Assembly (NCBI RefSeq): GCF_006345805.1
Contig: NC_043010.1
Location: forward strand, 24,862,001-24,926,000
Source of the DNA: Octopus sinensis
Taxonomy: Eukaryota
Direction: 5' to 3'
Length of the DNA stretch: 64,000 bases
The position numbers and the translations under genes are program-made. The stretch's first letter is position 1; every line of letters starts with the position of its first letter. Positions 25,931 to 39,211 of this stretch are shown here, piece after piece. The notes beneath the pieces are model-generated. The model searched no databases. It was not told where the DNA came from and was given only the letters and a program-made list of their open reading frames with translations.

Positions 25931-27049
25931 TTTTTTTTACATTTGCCCATAACCTTCTCGTATATAACATGCATTTAAAAGTATCAATTAGAACAAATCG
26001 TGACACAAAAAATTATTGAAAAGCTACTACAACTCAACAGTCCACAACATTAAATTGGGGAAAATAAATTCGAAAACAACCGAGATAGGAAACAATACGA
26101 CTAAGGGGACAATAGGACTAAGGGGGCAAAACAATGCTTTGCTTTAATTGCAGCATATTTTTATGAGTATACTTCGCCAAACAGACTGAGAAATCGTTAA
26201 AAACTTTCGAAAATCTCAGTTTGTACATCAGTGACCGTAACACATACATATATACATACGCACACATATACATACATGCATGCATGCATACATACATGCA
26301 TACTTACATACATAAATACATACATACATACATGTGTAAGCGCACGCACACTGACTCACACATATGCGCACAAACAAAAAGAGCGCAGCTTGAATAACGG
26401 ACAAAGTCAACAATTGAAAAGGTTACAAGACGCAACGAAACTTTTAGAAAAATAAATAAGTAAATGAATGGAAATTTTACCGGCGTGTGTGTTAAGTTAT
26501 AAGGTACTAAAAGAGAATGACTCTCCGCAGACACAAGAGAATGACCGTTATGTTTTCCTGTAAATGTAATTATTTCCATTTTTCTTTCTATCTCTACATA
26601 CCTTTCTACTCTTTCTTACTATTTACTCTTTTATTTGTTTCAGTCATTTGACTGTGGCCATACTGGAGCAACGCCTTTAGTCGGGCAAATCGACCCCAGG
26701 ACTTATTCTTTGTAAGCCTTGTACTTATTCTATCGGTGTATTTTGCCGAACCGCTAAGTTACGGGGACGTAAACACACCAGCATCGGGTGTCAAGCGATG
26801 TTGGGGGACAAACACAGACACACAAACACATACACATACATGTATATACATATATAGGATAGGCTTCTTTCAGTTTCCGTCTACCAAATCCACTCACAAG
26901 GCTTTGGTCGGGCCGAGGCTGTAGTAGAAGACACTTTTCCAAGGTGCCACGCAATAGGACTGAACCCGGAACCATGTGGTTTGTAAGCAAGCTACTTACC
27001 ACACAGCCACTCCTACTATTATATTTTTACACTTAGCTCTTCTTTATTT

Positions 27050-27863
27050 ATTTCTTTATTGCCCACAAAGGTGGGGCTAAACATAGAGAGGACAAACAAG
27101 AACAGAGGGATTAATTCGATAAAATTGGCCCGAGTGCGCAACTGGTACTTATTTAACCGACCACGAAAGGATGAAAGGCAAAGTCGACCTCGGCAGAATT
27201 TGAACTCAGAACGTAAAGATAGACGCAATACCTATTTCTTTACTACTCACAAGGGGCTAAACACAGAGGGGACAAACAAGGACGGACAAACGGATTAAGT
27301 CGATTACATCGACCCCAGTGCGTAACTGGTACTTATTTAATCGACCCCGAAAGGATGAAAGGCAAAGTCGACCTCGGCAGAATTTGAACTCACAACGTAA
27401 CGGCAGACGCAATACCGCTAAGCATTTCGTAAAGATAGACGCAATACCTATTTCTTTATTGCCCACAAGGGGCTAAACATAGAGGGAACAAACAAGGACA
27501 GACAAAGGGATTAAGTCGATTGCATCGACCCCAGTGCGTAACTGGTACTTAATTTATCGACCCCGAAAGGATAAAAGGCAAAGTCGACCTCGGCGGAATT
27601 TGAATTCAGAGCGCAGCGGCAGACGCAATACCTATTTCTTTATTACCCACAAGGGGCTAAACATAGAGGGGACAAACAAGGACAGACATAGGTATTAAGT
27701 CGATTACATCGACCCCAGTGCGTAACTGGTACTTATTTAATCGACCCCGAAAGGATGAAAGGCAAAGTCGACCTCGGCGGAATTTGAACTCACAACGTAA
27801 CGGCAGACGCAATACCGCTAAGCATTTCGCCCGGCGTGCTAACGTTTCTGCCAGCTCACTGCC
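27050..27863 (-). repeat. Tandem array of four SINE-B units bearing a Tx1-type 3' tail
   Basis: Units at ~27050-27232, 27233-27448, 27449-27632 and 27633-27863. Only the last has the full tRNA head. Confidence 0.9.
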
Positions 27864-28283
27864 CTTTAGCTTTTCTTTGTTGCTTTCTTTGTCTTCCGTT
27901 TTCACTTTATAATTATTTCTATCTTTTTCCCCTATTTACCTACCTTTCTTTCAATGCTCGCATTCACTTATCTTTACTATTGTTAGCTCTTTCTACTTTT
28001 CTTTCTTCTTCGTATCTGTTTATCTCTAACTTTTATTTTATTCCACTTTCCGTTTCGCCATTGAAAGACGTTCTATGTACACAAATATCTTTGTGTAATT
28101 GCTTATTTGTTCTGTTACTGTCCTTGCTTGTTTGTCCCTTTTGATATATATCTCGTATTGTTTTATTCATAACTTGTCCTTATTTACCGTTCGGTCAATA
28201 GATCTCATTTTTTCTTGTCATCCTACTTGAATGTTTTTCTATTCGTGTTCATCTATCTTTCCTGCTCATTTATACCCCAACAG

Positions 28284-28390
28284 TTTCTATTACTGACACC
28301 GCCAAATTAAACACTATTGTTGGACGGTGCCGAAATTGTGATGATATTTGGTCAACAATTGATGAGATTATGAGCATTTCTGAGTCGAAT
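28284..28390 (+). other. Candidate additional or stranded exon with GRCRNCDDIW motif
   Basis: Acceptor CCCCAACAG| (phase 1) after a long pyrimidine-rich region. Open frame xSITDTAKLNTIVGRCRNCDDIWSTIDEIMSISESN, with possible donor AAT|GTGTGT (phase 0). Resembles the AA15 motif GKCGxCGDxW. Confidence 0.4.
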
Positions 28391-29049
28391 GTGTGTGTAT
28401 TTTCCTGTTTTATCCGGTGTTCCTTTGTCATCCTAAGGTGCCACGCCACACTTTCGTTATAAATATTTCGTGTTATTAAAACAAGTACAATCTATACATT
28501 AGTTCAGTTATAAATATATTTATGTGAAATTATGAAATTATTTGTTGTTACTGTCATCACTTCCGTCATTTACTTTCATTGTTTTAAACACATGTTAACC
28601 CAATTTCATAATCAAGAAAGGTAAAATTTTAGAATTCCGCAAATGTTTGCACTATTAAAAAGACAGCCCTTGTTGTCATATCTTCCGCTGATATAGAATA
28701 TGTGTGGGGTGTATGAGAGTGCTTTTGTATGTGTGATAATATAAGAGCTGTAAAATATATTAAGATATATTTCACACGGAATCTCCGATAGAGGACTCAA
28801 TGTGTTAGGAATAGTGGAAAGATAACAAAAACAAAAAGACAACAAAAGTACAAGGGACGTTCACGTTAATATTATTAGGTTGGTGCACAACGAAGAATGA
28901 AAAGATCAACAATTGTGACGTTTCGGACTTGGCTCTTCTTCGGATGCAAAAAGGCCAGGAGAAACAGGGAAAATAGAGGAAAGGGAAACGAGATAAAAAT
29001 AGTGGACCTGGAAAGAAATGCACGTGGGTTAGGTACATACAAGCGCTTG

Positions 29050-29117
<68 letters not shown>

Positions 29118-29454
29118 ATATATACACGAGGAAAGAGGGGGAATAATGATCCCTCCCGAGCCATATAGGTCCGGTTTCCGTGGTGTATATGCATCTTCCT
29201 GGACGGGACGCTGGTCCATCGCATGGTTACTCATTTTTGCCAGCTGAATGGACTGAAGCAAGGTGAAATGAAGTGTTTTTCTCAAGGACAGGAATCGAAA
29301 CTACAATCTTACGATCATGAGTGCAAATCCTCTAATCAATAAGCCACTCGTCTCTACATACACAAACGCATGCTCGCACGCGCGCACACACATACATACA
29401 TATATGTTTATATAGATAGATGGATAGACAGAGAGACAGACAGACAGACTGACC

Positions 29455-29590
<136 letters not shown>

Positions 29591-29749
29591 CACGCGCAAA
29601 TATCGAACACTGAGTGCAAGTGGTCAACACTGCATTCATAGATGAATATTGTCCTGCATGTAGGAGACAAAGTCCAATGTTACCGGATGCAGGCTTGATG
29701 ATCGTTGAAATTAATTAGCACCGAAAACACTGCACCCGACATAGACACA

Positions 29750-31390
29750 CAAATCAGAGAATTACACCACAATCGCTCATACAAATATCTAGGAATGGCA
29801 GAAACAGCTAAAATACAACACACAGAAATGAAAGGGAAAATTAGGAGAGGGTATTACAAAAGAGTTAGACTAATATTAAACACTGAATTAATGCTAAAAA
29901 TAAGATAAGAGGAATAAACACGCTAGACTTACTAGTCATAAATTACAGCTTCAACATAATGAATTGGGAAGATCAGTGAATTGAGAAATATCATTGAAGC
30001 TTGGGAAAGTCATTATGCCGGTAATAATAAACACGCACCGGTTCGGTCCTTTATTGTCATGGTTCAGTATTGCTTGTGTTGTTATTTCTTTTGCGTATTT
30101 TTGTTTGTTTGTTTGTTTTTTGTCAAATAACTATTTCATCGCATTGTTGCAGTCTCTTCAGTGACACGTCTCTCTACTTTCATTTCCAAAAGAAAAAAAA
30201 GAAATAACACGAACATTACTAAACAATAGCAACAAAGGACCGAGTCAGTGCGATAGTTTATTATTACCAGCATAATGCCCATTTCAAGCTTCAATAGTAT
30301 TTCTTTCATCACACGAATTCACATCAAGAATCTTGCAAGCCAAATGTAAATACGAACTATGAATTGGGAAACTTAGAAAAACCAGAAAAACAACTAACAG
30401 CGTGCCGAAGTCACCACCCCAAAGCAGGCGCAGACAGAATATATCTACCCCGCTCAGAAGGAGGCCTTGACCTGATACAAATAAAGATCTATTATAAAAT
30501 AATGACAGATGCACTATAAAAAAGTACTTCGAAACAAAAATGGAAGACTACTACATGTAATAAAGCAACAAGAGAAAAAGAAAACGATTTTCTCTATACA
30601 AAAGGAGGCGGCAAAATACAAAACAGAAGTAAAGTACACTGACACACTGACCTCAAACGACAACGTAGGAGAAATAGTCAAAGAGGCAAAAAACATGAAA
30701 ACGGAATTACAAAATACACTAAGGAAGAAATGACCAACACCCTGTAAGGTTTAACAGAGAAGAATTAAGCCTAAGTAAAAGCTGAAACGAAAGGACTAGT
30801 TCTCGCTGCACAAGACTAAAACAAAATAATGAAAACAGGCCCGAACACCAAATGCAGAATGTGCAACCAGCACAGTGAGACAGTTGAGCACTTCATCTCT
30901 GGTTGCTCAGTCCTTACCAAATCTGAATATACATACAGACAGGACCGAGTAAGCAATTACCCCCACTGGACAATATGCCATCATTACATTAAAACTGATA
31001 TTAGGTGGTACAAACATGTCCCAAACAAGGTACAAGACAATGACCAGGCCACAATCATCTGGGAGATGCCTGTTCAGACCAACAAAGAAAGAAAAGTTAA
31101 TCACCCAGACATAATAGTCAAGGATTGGGAAAAAAAACACCCACTTATTGGTAGACATTGCAGTCCCATCTGATCAAAATATTGTCCAAAAAGAAGTGGA
31201 GAAATTGTCCAATGTGGGGCATGATGGTGAAAACAATACCCATAGTAAATGGAGCATTGAGCATGATAAAAACATATGAACAAAAGCGCAGAAGCTATAG
31301 CTGAGCCATCAACACCACACACTATCCAAAGAATAGTCCTGCTAGGAACAACCCACTTCCTACGCAAGGCACTATCAATTCAATAATACA
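29750..31390 (+). mobile_element. Old degenerate RLE (R4/NeSL-like) LINE, interrupted by a foldback element
   Basis: SYKYLG, YYKRVRLILNTEL, HHPKAGADRIYLPRSEGG, KCRMCNQHSETVEHFISGC, WEMPVQT..HPDIIV, IVLLGTTHFLRKALS. Confidence 0.75.
29970..30325. mobile_element. Foldback/MITE with ~115-bp imperfect TIRs inserted in an RLE LINE
   Basis: Arm ~29985-30092 (GAAATATCATTGAAGCTTG...GTTATTTCTTTT) is the reverse complement of ~30197-30305. Confidence 0.8.
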
Positions 31391-31660
31391 ACCTAAACAA
31401 AATAATCCACATGCACAAAACACTCTATACAGTAAATATCCAATGAAATAAACTACCATCAGCAAGTCGAGTACTCAACGCATTACACAATACAAACACT
31501 AATACGATAAATTCCTCAAAAGAAAAAGAAACTGACGCAATACGATACCGGTAAGAGCTTGCACACTCCCAAACACAAAAAACACAATGCTGCGCACACC
31601 CCAGCAACAAGGATGTGCAGCAGGTGATGCAGTAGAAATTTGTCTAAAACTACCAAACGT

Positions 31661-31704
<44 letters not shown>

Positions 31705-31711
<7 letters not shown>

Positions 31712-32247
31712 GCCCTGATGCAGTACCAGGCAGCGGCTCTCATTGCTTCTGATCTTAACTGACTGGAAGTGTTATCATGTACATTGTTTTGTCTTGGTAT
31801 AAAAGATGGGCTACAGCAAATATTCTGCTCAATACCACAGATTTGCTTGTCAGTTGTTTGACCGTAACCAGTTGAGCATGTCCCTTGGTGGCTGACGATA
31901 TGTGCATCTCTGATCACGAGCAGAAGTAGTGTTGAGAGGGATTCTTTGGGGTTTGAATGATTCACCTCTGGAAACATGGGTGTTTCATTCAACATCCTTA
32001 AACAACCCTTAATCAGGGACCGTTTGAGTGGGATGGGTTACCCAACCAGAAGAAAATTCTAACTGGGTCCAACCTGCAAGGTCATGCGCTATTTATCTTG
32101 TTATGAGATCACCATGTTGCGCACATATGGTTGTGATGCATGTGCCTGGTGTACCCTTATCAGACGGGTAGTCATGATGGGTATACTGGGCTTCGTATAT
32201 TTTACCCCAGTGTCACTTTGATGGCATGCACTGCTCTCTCACTCAAT
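31705..32247 (+). mobile_element. ~540-bp LINE 3'-UTR-like repeat, copy 1
   Basis: Closely matches 33620-34142. Both copies start TAAATGCCCTGATGCAGTACC, end CTCTCACTC+(AAT)n, and sit inside (TAA)n. Confidence 0.75.
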
Positions 32248-32468
32248 AATAATAATAATAATAATAATCCTTTACTACAAAAGGCACAAAGCCTGAAATT
32301 CGGAGGAAAGGAACTAGTTGATTATACTGACCCCAGTGTTTCACTTACCAAACCCGAAAGGATGGAAGGCAAAGTCGAACTCGGCGGAATTAGAGCTCAG
32401 AACTTAAGGGCAGACGAAATGCCGCATAGCATTTTGCTCGGCGTGCTAACGATTCTGCCACTCGCTGC

Positions 32469-32516
<48 letters not shown>

Positions 32517-32740
32517 AGTAATAATAATCCTTTCTACTATAGGCACAAGGTCTGAAATTTCGGGGAAGGTGTAGTCGTTTACATCGACCCCAGTGTTCAT
32601 CAGGTACTTAACTTATCGACCTTGAAATGATGAAAGGCAATGTTGACCTCGGTAGAATTTGAACTCAGAACGAAAAGACGGGCGAAATACCACTAAGAAT
32701 TTTGTCGGGCGTGTTAACGACTCTTCCAGCTCGCGGGCTA

Positions 32741-32774
<34 letters not shown>

Positions 32775-33166
32775 TAATAATAATATAATAATAATAAAAA
32801 TAATAATAATAATCTCGAAAACAGTGTTATTAGGGACAGCTAGGATACTTAGGAGGGTTCTTGGCATCTAAGGTTACTTGTTGTAGACCGATGTTAGGAT
32901 TTTTTTTTCTTTTCCAACTGTCTAATTTGTTGAGTATAAATGAAAATAGTAATAATAATGATTTCAAATGTTAGCATAAGGCCAGCAAATTCGAGGTGGA
33001 GATAGATTACATCAACCCCAGTACTCAACTGGTACCTATTTAATCGACCCCGGAAGGGTGAAAGGCAAAATTGACCTCGGTGTTATTTGAACTCAGAACA
33101 TAAAGATGGGCGAACTACAGCAAAATATTTTGCCCGGCGTGCTAACGATTCTGCAAGCTCACCGCT

Positions 33167-33210
<44 letters not shown>

Positions 33211-33619
33211 TATAATAATAGGCGTAGGAGTGGCTGTGTGGTAATTAGCTTGCTTACCAACCACATGGTTTCAGGTTCAGTCCCACCGCGTGGCACCTTG
33301 GGCAAGTGTCCTCTACTATAGCCTCGGGCCGACCAAAGACTTGTGAGTGGATTTGGTAGACGGAAACTGAAAGAAGTCCGTCGTATATATGTATATGTGT
33401 TTATATGTTTCTGTGTCTGTGTTTGTCCCCCAACATCGCTTGACAACCGATGCTGGTGAGTTTACGTCCCCGTAACTTAGCGGTTCGGCAAAAGAGACCG
33501 ATAACATAAGTACTGGGGTCGATTTGCTCGACTAAAGGTGGCGCTCCAGCATGGCCACAGTCAAATGACTAAAACAAGTAAAAGAGTAAAAGAGAGAGTA
33601 AATAATAATAATAATAATA

Positions 33620-34142
33620 ATAAATGCCCTGATGCAGTACCAGGCAGTGGCTCTCATGGCTTCTGATCTTAACAGATTGGAAGTGTTATCATGTACATTG
33701 TTTTGTCTTGGTATAAAAGATGGGCTACAGCAAATATTCTGCTCAATACCACAGATTTGCTTGTCAGTTGTTTGACCGTAACCAGTTGAGCATGTCCCTT
33801 AGTGGCTGACGATATGTGCATCTCTGATCACGAGCAGAAGTAGTAGGGGAGCATCATAGCCATGTGTTGAGAGGGATTCTTTGGGGTTTGAATAATTCAC
33901 CTCTGGAAACATGGGTGGTTCTTTCAACATCCTTAAACAACCCTTATTCAGGGACCGTTTGAGCGTGATGGTTACTCGACCAGAAGAAAATTCTAACTGG
34001 GCCCCACCTGCAAGGTCATGTGCTGTTTATCTTGATATGAGATCACCATGTCGCGCACATATGGTTGTCATGATGGGTATATTGGACTTCGTATATTTTA
34101 CTCCAGCGTCACTTTGATGGCATGAACTGCTCTCTCACTCAA
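33620..34142 (+). mobile_element. ~520-bp LINE 3'-UTR-like repeat, copy 2
   Basis: Paralog of 31705-32247. Confidence 0.75.
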
Positions 34143-34168
34143 TAATAATAATAATAATAATAATAATG

Positions 34169-34223
<55 letters not shown>

Positions 34224-34384
34224 TAATAATAATAACAATAATAATAATAATAATAATGAAAATAATAATAATAATAATGATAATAATATTAATAATAATA
34301 ATAATAATAATAATAACAACAACAACAATAATAATAATAATAATAATTATAATAATAATAATGATGATAATAATAATAGGAATG

Positions 34385-34674
34385 ATAAAAAAAAGGTACT
34401 AAAACCTATTTGAAAATGATTCCAGGCTTACCATCCCTACAGGAAGTGCAAAAAATCGTATTAACTGGAACGGCTCATGTACTGAGAAGAGCATTATCGC
34501 TGTGAAATCAACATCCATCCATGAATTTATTTATTTATTAATTTTTGAATACATATTTTATCTGTGAATTTGCGTGTGTAAGCTGCGAATGCATACAATG
34601 AGCTTCTCTGCCCTAGGTGTATGGAAAACACTCGGCGAGAAACGGAAGAAGATTTGAAGAAAGAAGGAAAAAAC

Positions 34675-34675
<1 letters not shown>
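34385..34675 (+). mobile_element. RLE LINE extreme 3' fragment
   Basis: YLKMIPGLPSLQEVQKIVLTGTAHVLRRALSL* plus 3' UTR, between (TAA)n tracts. A similar KTVLLGTARILRRVLGI* fragment lies at ~32815-32870. Confidence 0.7.
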
Positions 34676-34723
<48 letters not shown>

Positions 34724-34736
34724 TAATAATAATAAG

Positions 34737-37619
34737 AAGAAGAAGAAAGAACACCGGGGACGGAAGAGAGAACACCGGGGACGTTTAAGAGAAGAGAGAA
34801 CACCGGGGACGTTTAAGATGTAAGAAGGAAAATACAGAGCTCCGAAATCTATCCACAAACATCGAAAACAAGGACATCCTATGGAGCCAAAGATTTACTA
34901 ACAAAGAATTGGACTGTATCCGAGTAAGTAATACTAATTGAAATTTATTACTATTTTCGAAACGAAATGATGTATTTTGACTCGATATTATCTCCACCTC
35001 TAACACAACACATGTAAACATGCGTGGAACATCACGATCATCCCCAACCTCAAACACCATGTACAAAGGAACTACGAAGAAATTAAATGCCACCGATACT
35101 ATTCAACCCAAGAATAACAATCGAGCGGTACGTACATTAAACTTACAACAAAAAATGTACGAAAAACTACACGTGCGAAATAATGTGACAACAGAAATAA
35201 ACGGACCGGTACGCTACGAAAATGACGACCGTCAAAATAATGGGCCGGACGTTGTATCTCATGTCCCGCAAATAAAACCCAAAAGACGTAAATGGACACG
35301 TGAGGAATACATTTCTATCTTACACGCATACTTCCCAGCAATGCTCTACCCAAAAAATGAAAATACAACAACACATACATATAAAATATGGAAGGAAAAT
35401 AATAGAGATATAGACTTGGATACAGCAATGAACCCTAATAAATTAGCTAACGTACGAAGATACATTCTCAAAGCCAAAAAAATATCAGAAATAGAAATAG
35501 AACATTTAAAAGAAAAAATACACCAGGAAAATGTAGATAGAAGCCACACAACAATGCCCAATAATATAAACACTGAAACTGTAAAACACGAAGACAAACG
35601 CAACATTCCCAACAAACACGATGTAAACAACGAAGGGGAGCTTAATGATTATGATAATATAAAAAATAAAATAATCAAAGAACTGAAAACCACAGAGCCC
35701 AAAATGGACCACCGACCATACCTCCCAAGAATAAAAATAAACGGAATAACAACACCAATTATAAACAGCATAAACCTAGCCGTCACTGAACTAGCCACTG
35801 AAACAAAAAAAAGTGATATCACTGAACTAAATGACTTGATATACGCAGCAGCCACTGCAGCCACAAAAGAAGCTGGATACTCACCCAAACCCGCCCAAAC
35901 AGAGTACCACACCACCCAAACAAACCCTGTGGATAAATAACATCCAAAACAAAATTTAAAAAAATAGAAAAGACCTGTCGATTCTTAATGAAATCAGCAA
36001 ACAAGCAACGCTACTGAGCAACAAAAAGAGAACAAAAATGCTCCGCAAATATAACATCACAGAAAAAGATTTGCCGGAGATAAAAGAAAAGCTGAAGCAA
36101 GATATCCTTGCCAAAGCTCAAAGGATCCGCCGGTACGAGAAACGCCAACGCTTCTTTGAACAGAACAAAAAGTTCAACTCCAACCCCAAAAAGTTCTACC
36201 AAGAACTGGGCAAAAATAAAATAGAAGTCACTGCAGCACCAACGGCAGAAGAACTGGAAGAATTCTGCAGAGAAATATGGTCGGCGAACGAACAGCCAAA
36301 AACAAGGAGTATCAAAATAACAAACTCGGCATCTGAACAACTTTGGACCCCCATAACAACTGAAGAGGTCACCCAGGCACTGCAAAAACTAAGCAACTGG
36401 AAGGCACCTGGGCATGACAAGATCCCCAACTTCTGGTTGAAATATCTAACAGGAATGCACAAAAAGCTGGCTGAAAACTTTAACAGCATACAAGCAGAGC
36501 CAGAGACAATGCCTGAATGGCTCACGAAGGGGAAAACCATCTTAATTCCCAAATCAAATGAAACAGCAAGACCAGAAAACTACAGACCAATAACCTGCCT
36601 CCCTACTATGTTCAAAGCATTTACTGCAGTGATATCGCAAAGGCTGAACAAGCACCTGGACGAAAACAAACTGTTCCCAGAAGAGCAGAAAGGATGCCGC
36701 AAAGGCTCATATGGCTGTAAAGATCAACTAATGATTAATAAAGCCGTAACTGAAGACATCCACAGAAAGAAGAAAGGCCTCAGTTTGGCCTGGATTGACT
36801 ACAAAAAGGCGTTTGATAGCATCCCCCACACATGGATCCTCGAAACACTAGCCATTAACAAAGTAGCACCAACAATCATAAAATTCATAGAGCACTCTAT
36901 GAATAAATGGCAAACAGTCCTACACCTCCAAACAAAAGAGGGACTCATGAAAACCAAAGACATCCCCATTAGAAGAGGAATATTCTAGGGAGTCACGCTC
37001 TCCCCACTCCTTTTCTGCTTGGCACTGTCACCTCTATCTGATATGCTAAATAGAACTGGTCACATACATTGGAAGCTATGCCAACATTATGGAATAACAA
37101 CAGAAAAAAGATGGTATAGGCACACACCAGAAAAGGTCACAGAAAACGAGAAAGCAACCATGGTCTGGGATATGCCGATACACACAGATAGAGAAATTAA
37201 GGCCAACAGACCAGATATAGTTGTCAGAGATCATGAAGAAAAAAAATGCTTTCTAATTGATGTATCAATACCAGCTGATGACAACGTGTCTCTAAAAGAA
37301 ATGGAGAAACTCTCAAAATACAAAGACCTGGAAATAGAGGTAACTAGAATGTGGAATCTGAAAACAGAAACAATTCCTATCATAGTAGGTGCATTAGGCA
37401 TGATAAAAAAATATTCAGACAAATACATAACAAAAACACCAGGACTTACAAACACATATAACATACAGAAAATTGCACTACTAGGCACTGCACACATCCT
37501 ACGCAGAACACTTTCCATACAATAACCATCAGAGCATCACAACAAATCACAGCACATACCCAAGGCACACAGAACTGCGCTCGGTAGTGAAGTGAAAGCA
37601 CGCTATAAAAATAAAACTA

Positions 37620-37624
<5 letters not shown>
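34737..37624 (+). mobile_element. R4/Dong-clade RLE LINE with intact 5' end but internal deletion
   Basis: Closely matches the 19072-22224 copy. At ~37058 it jumps from SDMLNRTG to HIHWKLCQHY, losing YMDD, the thumb and the zinc finger. Premature TAG at 36986. The 5' end carries three GAACACCGGGGACG repeats. Flanked by (TAA)n. Confidence 0.92.
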
Positions 37625-37692
<68 letters not shown>

Positions 37693-37717
37693 TAATAATA
37701 TTAATAATAATAATAAT

Positions 37718-39147
37718 AAATACTGGACTAAACTAAACGCAAAATAAATAGACAAAGAAAAATCCCAGCAATGGTTGAGAAGCTCAGGACTCAAAGCAGA
37801 AACAGAGGGATTTTTAATTGCAGCACAAGACCAAAGCCTCCCCACCAGAAATTACCAAAAACATGTAATGAAAAGAAATATAACAAGTAACTGCAGAATA
37901 TGTGGAGAAGGACAAGAAACAATAAATCAAATTATCTCTAGCTGCCCAGTCCTGGCTAAGAAGGAATATATTCACAGACATGACAGAGTTGGAACCTACA
38001 TACACTGGAAGCTATGCCAACATTATGGAATAACAGAAAAAAGATGGTATAGGCACACACCAGAAAAAGTCACAGAAAACGAGAAAGCAACCATACTCTG
38101 GGATATGCCGATACACACAGATAGAGAAATTAGGGCCAACAGACCAGATATAGTTGTCAGAGATCATGAAGAAAAAAATGCTTTCTAATTGATGTATCAA
38201 TACCGGCAGATGACAACATGTCTCTAAAAGAAATGGAGAAACTCTCAAAATACAAAGACCTGGAAATAGAGGTAACCAGAATGTGGAATCTAAAAACAGA
38301 AACAATTCCTATCATAGTAGGTGCATTAGGCATGATAAAAAAAATATTCAGACAAATACATAACAATGTTTTTGATTCTACGGTCATTCGGAATGCTCAC
38401 AGCAGCCATATTCCTACCACTCTATGTCACGCTGGTGAGACCCATATTGGAGTATGGGATTCAAGCCTCTTCTCCTTATCTCCTCAAAGACATACAGCAT
38501 CTCGAAAGAGTCCAGAGGCTGGCTACCCGCATGGTTCATGGTCTCAAAAATTTGTCCTACGAAGAAAGGCTGAGGACGCTCGACCTTTATTCTCTTGAAA
38601 AACGCCGCCGCCGTGGTGATCTCATTCTCGCCCACAACATCATAAGCGGGAAGTGTAACCTCTCGAAGGAGCTGTTCTTCACTCCTGCTCCAGAGCGTCG
38701 GCTGCGGGGTCATTCCAAAAAGCTCTACCTGCGACGATTTCATCTAAATCGAAGGAGAGGAGCTTTCTCCGTCCGGGTTGCGGATCCGTGGAACAAGCTG
38801 CCAGACGAGATGGTGAAGATGCCGACGACCGCTTTGTTCAAAGCCTCCCTGGACCTCAAGTGGCCTGAACTCTTTACATGAACACCACCCTGTACTTAAC
38901 TCCATGTCCCCCTACATGGCCTTGCTATTTGCTTTTGAGCCAAATTAACTAACTAACTAAAAACACCAGGACTTACAAACACATATAACATACAGAAAAT
39001 TGCACTACTAGGCATTGCACACATCCTACGCAGAACACTTCCCATACAATAACCATCAGAGTATCACAACAAATCACAGCACATACCTAAGGCACACAGA
39101 GCTGCGCTCGGTGGTGAAGTGAAAGCACGCTATAAAAATAAAACTAA

Positions 39148-39150
<3 letters not shown>
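37718..39150 (+). mobile_element. 5'-truncated R4/Dong copy interrupted by a CR1 fragment
   Basis: Zinc finger/RLE region 37718-38365. It resumes at ~38958 (AAAAACACCAGG) exactly where it broke off. (TAA)n tail at 39150. Confidence 0.9.
38366..38957 (+). mobile_element. CR1-clade LINE 3' fragment with (CTAA)n tail
   Basis: Uninterrupted frame LYVTLVRPILEY...LERVQRLATRMV...LSYEERLRTLDLYSLEKRRRRGDLI...FSVRV...WNKLP, followed by a 3' UTR ending TTAACTAACTAACT. Confidence 0.9.

Positions 39151-39209
<59 letters not shown>

Positions 39210-39211
<2 letters not shown>

Noticed and set aside
27050-27863. CRISPR-like regular array
   Set aside because: The units are ~185-230-bp SINE copies with no unique spacers, there are no cas genes, and the context is eukaryotic.
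28874-28890. ATTAGGTTGGTGCA mariner-type TIR start
   Set aside because: It is only 14 bp and no partner TIR or transposase was found nearby.
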